Made by a program: the position numbers and the translations under genes
Origin: Callorhinchus milii
Lineage: Eukaryota
Length of the DNA stretch: 64,000 nucleotides
Direction of reading: 5' to 3'
Assembly (NCBI RefSeq): GCF_018977255.1
Contig: NW_024704742.1
Coordinates: forward strand, 53,756,001 to 53,820,000
Notes under the pieces: model-generated
What the model saw: the letters and a program-made list of their open reading frames with translations, nothing else
Databases searched by the model: none
What the model was told of the DNA's origin: nothing
Shown: positions 25,807-37,340 of the stretch, in pieces
Layout: each line of letters opens with the position of its first letter
Position numbering within the stretch: position 1 is the stretch's first letter

Positions 25807-26259
25807 TTGCTTCAGCCATCTCCGCTCCCTAATCCTGAATGCTCAAGCGCAGATAGCACAAAACCAGCCTCACAGTTCACTGCCAGATGTGGCTTGAACA
25901 CCTTTGAATCTTCCACCTCTCCCCCATGCAAGCCCAACCCACATTCTACTCCAGAATTATACTGGATACCAAATATAATCCTGTTTCCGAGCTTCCAAGA
26001 TGAAATCCCAAGATAGTGTTTTTCAACACACATCACCTCCTCCATTATCCCCCCTCAAACATCCTTGATCCTCATTCCAGATGCCAAGTGTGAAGAGGTC
26101 ATAGACTTCAAATCCAAAATAAACAGCATCCATTTGATGCAGTGAATTAACTTCTTGAGTAGAATTCCAGTGGTTTTGTGGGAATTAATTAAATAAGATG
26201 TTTGGAACCTGCGTAACAACATAAGGTACAAGAGGCAAAGTCACAAGATATTTTGTTAC

Positions 26260-26345
26260 CACCACTAAACGTATGGCGGGGATCAAGGACGTGAACAGAT
26301 GGAGCTGGTGAAATGAAAAGTTGGCTGAAGACTCTGTTGGAAAGT
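26260..26345 (-). CDS. Candidate 86-nt internal exon of an unidentified gene
   Basis: Minus strand has polypyrimidine acceptor tcttttgtttcttttcaatgtAG and donor GTG|GTAACA. Two frames are open (LSNRVFSQLFISPAPSVHVLDPRHTFSG or FPTESSANFSFHQLHLFTSLIPAIRLVV). I do not recognise either peptide. Confidence 0.25.
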
Positions 26346-27085
26346 CTACATTGAAAAGAAACAAAAGATACCTTGGCTTCAAAGTTCAGTGAGTCTAACA
26401 ATTCATTTCAAGGTCTTAGTTGTTTCCCTAGAGATACAGCATCAAATTGCTCCACCATGTGCAGCCAGTAATTGAACCTTGAGGAAGCTGGCATTTGCCC
26501 TGAACGATAAATTTACAATAGAATTGAAGTGCATGAAATCACTTTCTGTGATTACGAAAGTCGATGAGCCACTAAAAGGGTTAGCTTCCTTGTGGTTGTG
26601 GACAAAGCACATGGATGAATATGTGTATGTCTTCAGGTGCATTATCTGAATGAGTCTGCACAGAGAGGACCACTGCTATTTCTCTAAAGAAGAAATGACA
26701 TCGCAGTTTACTGGCATGAAATAATTTTCGAATTAGTTGTATCCAGTGGATTTTGGCAAATGTGAAATTCTGTTGCAAAATCATGTCTGTGTATCTTCAA
26801 CTCCTCCCAAATAAAATTGGACATTCACTTCATGGCTGTTGTGGGATTCTTTTGTACACAAATTGGCTGCTGAATTTGCCCACAAAACAGCCACTACTTT
26901 TACAGCATGACATCCTCCTGACGTGAAAGGCACTATATCAAATGTAAGTGTTATAATTAATGCTTAATTAATATTATTAATTATTACTCTGGAAACTACT
27001 GTTTTTATTGTATTCTATTCAGAATTTCCAGAGCATTTAATGTACAGTACCATTGCTGCACTTTAGCACCGATCATTTATTCCTT

Positions 27086-27330
27086 CAATAATAATAATCC
27101 TTGCATTTGATATAGCGCCTTATCACATCTTCGAGATGTCTCAAAGTGTTTCACAGAATGTACAGTAAAGTGAATTGACTGTGTATTCTGTGGGGGAAAC
27201 GCAGCAGCCAATTGCACTCAACAGTGTCCCACAAACAGTCGTGGATTGAGTGCAAATCATTATTATTATTTTTTGAAGGGATTATTATCCCCAGAAAGAG
27301 ATCCGCCAATCAACTAACAACCCGTTTCCA
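27086..27330 (-). mobile_element. tRNA/Deu SINE, 3' two-thirds
   Basis: aataataatccttgcatttgatatagcgcc...gtcccacaaacagtcgtggattgagtg...atccgccaatcaactaacaaccc. Confidence 0.88.
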
Positions 27331-28614
27331 TATTAACCAGAGTGTGGACGTTTACACAAACCATCTCTGCCCCCGGTGTGTCCTCTGCCCCCCATGTGAC
27401 CTCTGGCCCCCAGTGTGGGGTAGGAGTGTGTAGTCGTGACCCACAGTACTGTGTGTGGGGAAGGAGGGGTGTCACACACTCAATAACTATCGAGCAGCTC
27501 CCAGTCCTAAGGGAAGAGATCACTGAGCTCCATTATTCTGCATTTGAGGAGAGGGGACTGAATGGCCCCGAGCACCAACTGGCTCCTTAGTGTTACCACA
27601 GCCACGTTCTGCTCAGTTCGCGCAGGCTCACTGCTCTGTGCTGGCTGCTGGAACTGCAGTCTGGCCAGCTCCCAGCCCAACTCTGGCCTCTCAGCCTAAG
27701 TCACTGCCTGAGCTCATTAGAACCCGTGTGCTGCTATGTTGGGCTCTGTGTGAGGCTGAAACACACAGGCGACATGTTTCCACTGTGGAATGTTTTATGT
27801 TTTCAACGTGTGAAAGCCTCGACACATGCATGGATATTATTGGGTGAGCACTCACCAGGCAAGCACAAGAAAGTGCCAGGAAGAACAGTTTAATGTTTAG
27901 CAAGGACTAATGCTTGCTCAATGCATATCAATTCACTTTAGTTGTAGATTGGGGTCACAGACCTGGGGGATGGAAAGGAGAAGTGGGTGGTGAAACTGGA
28001 CAGGAAGAAAATGCAGGCAGTAATTAACATGGACAAAACCATCAAAAACAGAGACAATGGCTGCTTGAAATATTTCATTAGCAGGTGCATTTCATGTTTA
28101 CCAGATCAAAATAACATAGGAAGATGTAAGGGATTTGATAAAGTGTTGAGAGTGTGGAACTCACTGCCAGATGCTGTGGTTGAAGCAGAAAGCATGTGGA
28201 GGAAGCTTGTGGAGGAAGAGTTAGGAAGGCCAACAAGCAGGGAGTTGGCAGAGTCGAGTCTTGATGTAATGTACGTGAATCAATGTATTTTAGAGGAAAC
28301 TTGGTATATATGAGAGAGAAAGGAAATTAGGGGTACAGGAAAGGTGGAGGCTCATGTGGAATATAAGCACCAGCATGGATTAGTTTGGCTCAATGGACTG
28401 TTGAAATTGTGTCCATGCTGTAATATTCCATGTAATTCCATGTAACATCACTGGTAATGTTGCTTTGTGTAAAGAAAAGTCCCAAGGTTACATGAGCAGA
28501 ATAATCATAGCAAGAATTGAAAATTATTATATCAGTAGTGCTTAACTTCATGATGTGTGAGCAAAGCCTAAAATGATCTGTGCAGATGTGATTCTGATGG
28601 ATTATTGATTACAC

Positions 28615-28932
28615 CGTTCGCTCCCTCCACTCAGCGGGCTCCGGCCTGCTTCACGACCCCCGCCTGGCTCGCCCCACTATTGACAGGCGGGCCTTCCGCC
28701 ACTCTGCACCCAACCTCTGGAACTCCGTCCCACAATCCCTCCGCCTCGCCCCTCCCTCGCCACCTTCAAGACCCTCCTCTTCGACCGTACTTTCAATCTT
28801 CCTGCTTCCCCCCTGCCCTCCACCCTCCCCCACCCGAACCCCAGCGCGGGTCCATAACTCTGTCTGTCCAGCACCTTGGGACATCCTCCCAAAGTGAAAG
28901 GCGCTTTACAAATGAAATGTTGTTGTTGTTGC
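28615..28932 (+). mobile_element. L2 3' end, CpG-retaining (relatively young)
   Basis: ctctggaactccgtccc...ttcaagaccctcctcttcgaccg...cttgggacatcctcccaaagtgaaaggcgc...(TTG)n. Confidence 0.88.
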
Positions 28933-30059
28933 TCAAGCAACATAATGTAAAAGCAGCAGCCTGTGTACCTATCTCAGTGACAGACACTGAGGTACAGGCA
29001 AACTGAGCCCCAAGTCTCAGATACAGTGGGTAAAAATGATTCCTGGGCTGGGCAGAGAGCTGTTTTCATCCCTTCTCTGGAGGTCAATAAGGAAAACAAT
29101 TATTCAACAAACAACTACAGCAGCAACTTGCATTTATATAGCACCCTTTATGTAAAATAACATCTCAGATTGCTGGGGGTGGGGGGTGGCGTGGGAGTTG
29201 TAACGAATTGACCATAGATATGGGCGAAGAGGTAGATTTTAAAGAGGGCTTGAAGATAAATGGAGGGGGGTGCGACAGAGCGATTAAAGGAGGGCATTCC
29301 AGAGGATAGGAGTGTAGGACTGGAAAGCTCAGCCATCGTTGGTGGCACAGGTAGGACAAGGGGATTGCTGCAAGCCAAAATTAGCAAAGCGGAGGGGGTG
29401 ATTAGAGAAGTGGGGCAGGAGGAAATCAGGGAGATCAGAGAGAGGTGTTAGGAAATTAAGAGATATGTAAATGATAGTGCAGACCAGAACTAGGTTAGAA
29501 GTCCATCTAGGAGCTAAGAAGTGCAATAATTCTTTGCCAGGGAATAAAAGATGAGCACTTTGTGTTTCCTATTCATGGATCCCATACGTAGCACCTTGCA
29601 TTTATCTATATTAAACTGTATTTGCCCGTTATGAACCCATGTTCATACCATATCAAACTCCCTTTGTAGGACCTTTGCTGCCTCTGATTCCATAGTACTC
29701 CCCAACTAGGTGTCATCTGCTAATTTAATTATTTTAAATTAGGAATTCAGTTAAGGCAGACTTTGAAAGTGGGGAGCAAGGGGCGAGCGAGAGAAACTCC
29801 AGATGGATAGCTGGATAGGGCTGCGGACATGAAATAAGCTGGCTGAAGGGAACAACTGGATGTAGAGTTTCAGGAGATTGTGGAGGTTGTGTGGAGATGA
29901 GACCGTGGAAGAACATGAATGTGAACAAATTTGTTTGTATATTTGTGATTTGTAGTTTATGAATATTGCAATGCAAAATTTACAAAATTGCAAATCATGA
30001 ATCACAACATCCCCCACCCAAAAACGCCAGCAAGCAAACCCCAAATAACTCACATTGTT

Positions 30060-30326
30060 AATAAGAACATAAGAAATGCAAGATGAAAAAAGACCAAGGT
30101 CCATCTAGTTTGCTTTCCACCTTCCTGGGGGTCACGTGCACATATGTCCCAAACTACCCATGTACTACATCCCATGATGTTATTTCCTGAAAGAAAACTA
30201 TCTAATCTGTGTTTGAAAGAATCAACATTTCCTGCTTCAACGGTCTCCCTAGGGAGCCTGATCCACAGGTTCACTATTCGCTCACTGAAATAATGTTTCC
30301 GTAGATTTGTTCTGAATTTACCCCTG
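30060..30326 (-). mobile_element. CR1 3' end (same subfamily as 49194-50305)
   Basis: ataagaacataagaa tail; encodes NLWIRLPRETVEAGNVDSFKHRLD. Confidence 0.88.
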
Positions 30327-31644
30327 AATTTATCAATAAATTGTTAATATTTGTCTAGTTCAATCAGCCGTCCGAATTGCCCCACCACGAGTGAGCAAAT
30401 GGTATCATAATAATACTTACATTCACATCATGCTTCATAGGATAAACTGCAAAGTGTAATGATTGTTATATCTTGGGCAAATGCAGCAGCCAATTTGCAC
30501 AGTCATGTCCCACCAACAGCTATGATATGAAACTTTCAGCCATTTTGCTTCCGCTCTCTGGAACTCCATCCCAGGGCCCTGCTACCTTGCTCCCTCCCTC
30601 TTCATTTTGAAAACACTATAAAATCTACCTCTTACCATGCTTTCGGACACCTTACCCCATCTCCCCTCCCACAGGCACGCGCACACACACACAAAATATG
30701 TTATTTTTAACAACTGGAACATATGCCCACTCGGTCATTTGGACAATGACTGAAAATTAAACATAGCTTTAAAATCAGCAAACCACCTTCAGATAATGCC
30801 ATTGAAAATTGAAAGCTATTCCACACTTTAACTGTTCAAATGGCACTGGCAATGTCAGGCTCCAGGCAGCAAAGCAAAATTTCTGAGAGTGTTCAAGGGT
30901 ATAACTCAGACTAGGCCTTAAATCCATTACATCCTTGAACATGCAAGCATCCATCTCTTATTCCCTCTGTGCAACATAAACTGCTATAGCCATCATCACC
31001 TGCACTCACATCTTATATTAACTGACCCCAATAGCATTTGCGAGAAAATTAAAGAATAATAGAAGAATGGAGACAAGAGGGTGCATAGCAAGATAAATAG
31101 GAGGGAACACCATAATTTCACACCTCACAACAGCCAGAAAAAAATCCATTCTAAAAATATTTGTTCCAAATCACAACATTGAAAGCCTCAGAGTAAACAA
31201 ATTATAATTTTTATGTGTTGAGCAGTTCTTCAAAATGGAGCAATGTAATAGACACACATGCTTACTCTCTACTCTAAAAGGAGAACTACCATCTCTACTG
31301 TGAATGGGGAACTATCGAAAAAATATTTGAGGTGAAGCTATTTTTACACAATGACTAACTGGTCCAAGTTGATAGAGCTTAGAGTCAGTTTGTGATGGAT
31401 ATTGATGTTTAACTATCACTAAGTGGCAGAGATTGGAGGGGACAGTTATGTGTACATCTACAAGGCTGACTTTAGCTTATCAGGGAGATGACTCTCAATG
31501 TTCCTCAATTTTACTGAACAACTTGTGGGAAATGTGAGAACACCACATGTAAAAAGCCACAGAGAAGCTGTGGGTGGCTGCCATTTGTCATTCCTTTTAT
31601 TAACTTGTCCACTTTTCTCCACATTTCCAATATTTATATATACA

Positions 31645-32196
31645 CTAGCTACGATTGCAACCAAAGGATCCAATATGGAATGTAAATTGACACACAGACA
31701 GACAGACATTTCATTTTTATAAATACACATCTGGGAGGACTCTTGTGGGTGGAATCCTTTAGGGAGAACTCAGTGGAAGGACTCGGCGCTTTAAAAATTA
31801 AATTTTGTTGTTGTTGCCTCGACTTAGGTTTGTTTATGCTCTTTATTTTGTTCCCGCCACTTGGCTACGTGTGTGCTCTGTGACGCAGGATACCACAGCT
31901 CCACGGTCAGTCGGCATGGCCACCAGGTGTAACTGCAGTGCTTGCGTACATATGCAGGTGCTCTGTGATGCACGATGGCACAGTGCCACTTTGACTCGGC
32001 GGCCACCAGGTGCAACAGAGGCAAAAATACAAAACTCATGAATGATAGGAGATACTCAAAAACAAATATGCCCATTTCACTCCCAGATGCAAGACTGATA
32101 ACGTGTAGATCATAGATCTACATCAATTGGTTATTGAGATTTATCTTGAAACGCAGACAGACATTCTCATCTTATTATAAATAATAAGTATATAGA
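31645..32196 (-). mobile_element. Probable non-autonomous Helitron-like element (~552 bp)
   Basis: Minus strand begins A|TCTATATACTTATTATTTATAATAAGATGAGAATGTCTGTCTG and ends ...GTAGCTAG|T. This gives a 5' TC, a 3' CTAG, an A/T insertion site, no TSD and a subterminal (GTCT)n. The interior is CpG-rich with an ~84-bp tandem unit. The expected 3' hairpin is not clearly intact. Confidence 0.55.
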
Positions 32197-34314
32197 TATA
32201 TACCTGTGTGTATGTATGATTGTTTCTCTGTTCTCTATATACTTTCCTATTGGTACCTCAAATGCAAGGATTTGTTATTTATTCTCTATCATAATCCCTT
32301 CAACAAAATAATTAATAATTTGGTCATTCAATCCACGGCTGTTTGTGGGACATTGCTGTGTGCAATTGACTGCTGCATTTCGTGACAAAACATTCAGTCA
32401 TTACACTTTACAATATATCCTGTGAAGTGCTTTGTGACGTCTCAAAGACATAAGGTGCTATATTAAATGCAAGGATTATCATTGTTATTATTTGTTACAT
32501 TGGGCACAAGCTGGAACAGCTAGGAAGGGGGCCTGAATGAACTTACATAAATAGGGCACTCGTGTGGGAGTGACGTCATGGGAATTAGATACAGGAATGC
32601 TGATTCATCTAATTTGCCCAATAAAGGAGTTCTGTAAACACAGTGCTATCTGAGCCATATATTGTAATGGTATTAACAAAGATGGATAAGTGTTTTTTTT
32701 AATCTAGGCTATCTTTCCCTCTTAAATGTGCTATGCCAGACACCTTTCCCCTCTCACAAATCTTGCAAAGCATTTGGGATGTCCTCGCAACGTGAGAAGC
32801 TCTGTACCAAATGTAGGTATTATTATTAAATCAAATGTAAGGACTATTATTATAAGTTAGAAATTGGATTTCCCATCATTGGTAAAGAGAGGTTGATAAA
32901 TATAAGAGATTTTTGCACTAAAGCCAGATTTCCATGCTTATACTAGGAACACAAGAGTTGTCCCTCCTGCAGCTCAGATTCTGTTCCATCAGCGGAAAAG
33001 TGGATTGTGTTGGGTAATTAATGGTAATCAATAATGTGGAGAAAGAACAATGAGGAATAGAATAGACCTCAGGGAACCCCTGAGTTAATGGGAAAAAAGT
33101 CTGTTGATGAGCCACAGCACTGTTAAAGCAATGAAAACAGAAGAGAAAACTAGAGAGCCATGAAAGCTAGATTGGTGTGAGGTTGCAAAGTGGCAACTTC
33201 TCACCAATGCATTGTGCCAGGCTCCATTAGATTCAGCAAGCATTTTGCTTGTCCTGTCATTCCAAGATGTTACATTTGAGATGGTTCTATCACCCTTGTA
33301 TGTACATCCACAATATGGTTCACTCTCCCTCACCGTGTATTGGGTGGCTTCTGTTTTCAGTTCTCACTAAGGAATACAAGTCCCTGTAACCAGGTGTAAT
33401 TTGACTAATGAGTTCTTCCACGACAACAGGTACTACCAATTGCTATTTAAATCAAGGTTCATTTTACACCTCTGTGATGTAGGCTGAACCTGTTTGTGTA
33501 TTCCCTCCTTTGATTTATACAGAAAGCTTGAGTTAAACACAGTTGAGTTCGCATAACAGAATTTTATTTTATTGAAATCCACAACTCTCGGTATTAAATC
33601 TTAAACAACATGATAAATATCAACAAACACAACAATGAGATAACACTAATCACACTTAAACTACACACGCTAATAGCCACTTGTAATAAAGTTAATGTAA
33701 AGTGCACGAAGAACCAACCTCTGACGACTACTCATCAATAGTCAGAGCATATACCTTTGTTGTCATCAGGTAGAAAAATAGTGACCACAAGCAAATGGCG
33801 CTTGTTCTTTTACGGGCATTGAGCCCCTCCTTGAATTAGGGTACCCAAAGGTAATTTTATAGCACCAATAACTTGATGTAATTGGTGCCTTTTTTATGGT
33901 CCGATCAGATCCTCCACAAAGTTGCCCAAGTGGGGACAAGTACACTTCCAATCCTTCATTTGTATTTTGGAAAGGTAAGATACCCGACAAATTGTTGCAA
34001 TCAACGCTAGAGTCAGTCTTGATGGCACCATAATTATCAAAAACATTAAATACATTAAAAAAAGTATTGAAAGCGCTACTCAATATATTTTAAATGCTAC
34101 TCAATATATTTTAAACAACAGACAGGCATAGAAAACAAAAGGGGTGATTGTGACATATTTATAATGAATAATTTTTGTGAATGGCAAAAAGGGAAAGCTT
34201 TTTCTTTATAAATACCTAACATAATCTGCTAAATATTTGCCTCTCCAGTGTGCTTCCTATCTTCTCTCTGAAGCACGTCTCGACTTTCATTCCACGTTAA
34301 AAGCACCATATAAA

Positions 34315-34700
34315 ATAAAATAATCCTTGCATTGATATAACATCTTATCTCCAAAGATTTATAGGAAAGTGAACTAACTGTACTTGCCAGCAATTCCTGT
34401 AGCCAATTTATGCACAGCAATGTCCCACAAACTACCATGAGGTGAATGATCAATTTTATCTGGACGATTGTTGGCCAGGAAAACTTTTTAAAAAGTGCCA
34501 TGGGATATTTTATGTCAACTTACACAGACAGATAGGACCTCAATTTGATGTTTCATTTAAAGGACAGAACCTGCAACAATACAGCACTCATCCACCACTG
34601 CCATGGAGAGTCAGATTTGAGTTCCAAATCCTGAAACGGAGCTCAAACCCACAAGCTTCATGGCTCAGAGGTGAGAGTGCTACCAATGAGCCATGTTGAC
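34315..34700 (-). mobile_element. Old SacSINE1-like SINE
   Basis: taatccttgcattgatata...gccaatttatgcacagcaatgtcccacaaac...ctcagaggtgagagtgctaccaatgagccatg. Confidence 0.8.
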
Positions 34701-36799
34701 ACCTGGAATATATCAATCCAACTTGCTGCTCTTTAAGAGAAAGATAGGGTGCAACCTAACTAGACTCCAGCAGTATGCCAACATACATTCTGGGATCCTC
34801 AAGCCTTGGCACTTGCAGGATGCGCCTCGCCAAGGAGAGAGGATGCTTTCTATTCCAATGATCAACTCTGCAATTTCCATGTGTAGGTGGGATGCATGGA
34901 ATTCTCAATTTGGTTTGTATACTCTTAAGCATGGTGATGGGTTTTCCACATGTGTCAGACACCCAGCTGACTTAAAAAAACACTCTTTAAAATAGGTTTC
35001 TCTCCAGTTTCATTTAACTTTCTCCTATTAATCTTGCAGAATCATGACAATATTTCAATAGCCTCCAAACAGTGTGAGGCAGCAACAGAAAAGGAACTAG
35101 TTGCAGGACTATACTGCTAAATCTGATGAGTTCAAATCCTCAGATATCATTCTCAGGCTATCTTCTGTTCTGGTCAGGCCCGGCACTAGACTTTAACCTC
35201 AAGAACATTAAAGCTGTCCTGTCACAAACTGTCCTGTAAAGATCCTCCCACCACACTGAAGGCAGATGCTCACCAGATAACTTTTTGAGGAAACTCTGAG
35301 GGTTGGGGCTACAGCTGCTGAAAGGTTTGGATACTCTTAAGCATGATGATGGGTTTCCATCACCATGCTTAACACACCCTGCTGACAACCCCGTCCCACC
35401 CCAAAAAAAAATGACAGGCCACACCTTTGGTGTTTACAGTTTTGCTGATCACAACATGAGGCCTCCATGGGCAGTGCAGAGGAGACATGAGGATGGGTTC
35501 CAATGTGAGATAACAGAACAAGAGGACATAGGTTGGAGTTGCAAAAGACAATTTTAGGACAGACACCAGGAAGTTTCTCTTTACCTAATTGATAATTAAC
35601 AACTGGAACGTATTGCCAGGTAGAGAGGTTAAGGGCAGAATGCTGGACTCATTTAAAAAACTCTTTGATGCTGTGATGGGAGGCCGTCTGGAAGGATGAG
35701 GTAAGATAGGCCAAAGGGCCTTCTTCATCCACTCATCCTAATCTTGAGATCTTGTGAAGGTTCTAACATTTAGAATTCAGCGAACAGCTCCTACAAAAAT
35801 TACAAAAACATAATCCTTTTAAAATAGGTCATTATTGTTGCAATGATAACTTGCACAAACCAGCAACATTGAGCTGTCATAAATCCTCTTCAAGAAGACA
35901 GCTCCTGCAGAGACGATGCCCAGTATTGCACAGCCTTCCCAAATGCCATATTATTTTTATAACAAAGCATTACAGCCTAGACATGTTATACAATGCATGA
36001 TTTATTCTAGGAGGTTGTTATGCATAGAAATGGAAGCAGCAGACACTAAGGTACCTGAATCCCTGTAAAGTAGATGTTTAAAAAAACTGACATGACAGCA
36101 CACCTCTCCAAGGGAAACAGCCCATAATAACGAGCAGGAAATTAAACAGAATTCTGTTTTGAGTTGCACATCCAAGCAAAGACTACTTATATAATTTCCA
36201 GGTTCAATCTGGAATAGATTTTGCCATGTGGATAAAGATAAGAGATAAAGATTAAAAAAAAACTACAGATGCTGTAAATTTGAAATAGAAAATGCAGGAA
36301 ATGAAGAGCAAGTCAGTCAGTAGCTGAATGAGAATGTGTTAATCATAGAATTATATAGCACAGAAGGAGACCATTTGGCCCATCGGGTCTGTGCCAGCTC
36401 TTTGAAAAAACTCTTGATAACTCAACCCCTGCTTAACTTGTCACTACCACTTAAGTCATCATACTGTCAATATCCCAGCTGCATTTATTTATGTATTTAA
36501 ACACATGCCTACCAAGCCATTCCTGATAACTTGTAACTCGATTCTTTTCCCTTGGAGTGACAAGTTATTAGGAGTTCACTGTAAGAATTTTTTACAAGAC
36601 TAAATGCACTGTTCCCTGTGATTAAGAGCAGCAATGCCCAAAGCATCAAACAGCAGATTTGATCATCTAAACTTAGCCTCCAATCTGAAACAAATATAAA
36701 TTGGGGTTGGGGAGAACATAGAATTTGCACGTATAGTATTTTCCAAATAGTGGCTTAAAAACAATACTAGCATTAAAAAAGGAACTTTAAAAGTCATTT

Positions 36800-37340
36800 T
36801 CATAGAAACACAGAATCGTAGAAATCTACAGTGTAGAAGGAGGCCATTCAACCCATCGAGTCCACACTCTTTCACAGAACAAGGATATCAGTTCAATCCC
36901 ACTACCCCACCTTAGCTCCATATATCCATATTTGTGGAGTCCTGTAGCTCAGTGGTTAGAGCACTCGCTTTGCAAGCGAGAGACCTGAGTTCAATTCCAG
37001 GCAGGGCGAAACCTTGGGCAAGTTTCCTTACTGCACACGCCTAATAATAATCCCTCCAAAAACCCAAAACAATAATAAAATTGGTCATTTTCAATCTACG
37101 ACTGTTTGTGGGACATTGCTGTGCGCAATTGGCTGCCGCGTTTGCCCACAAATATACAGTCAATTCACTTTACAGTGTGTTCTGTGAAGCGCTTTGGGAC
37201 GTCCTCCCGACGTGAAAAGCGCTATATCAAATGCAAGGATTATTATTATTATTATTATTATCGAGCCCCTCTCTTTTATAAGCCTGTCTACTTCCCTCTT
37301 GAAGGTAAACGATGGACTCCGCCTTCACCACCCTTCTCAC
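36800..37340 (-). mobile_element. CR1 3' UTR fragment split by a young SINE (SINE at 36934-37261)
   Basis: catagaaacacagaatcgtagaaatctacagtgtagaaggaggccattc on the left; CR1-like cctgtctacttccctcttgaagg resumes after the SINE. Confidence 0.65.
36934..37261 (+). mobile_element. Young tRNA-Ala-derived Deu SINE, short subfamily, full length
   Basis: A-box TAGCTCAGTGG, anticodon arm ctcgc-tTTGCaa-gcgag, B-box GAGTTCAATTCC, Deu block, L2-like stem-loop and (ATT)7-8 tail. Nearly identical to the copies at 51190 and 62908. Confidence 0.95.

Noticed and set aside
36934..37010. tRNA-Ala(TGC) gene (also at 51190 and 62908)
   Set aside because: A/B boxes and the anticodon arm are present, but there is no proper acceptor stem and the sequence runs into a SINE body and (ATT)n tail. 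It is a SINE head.
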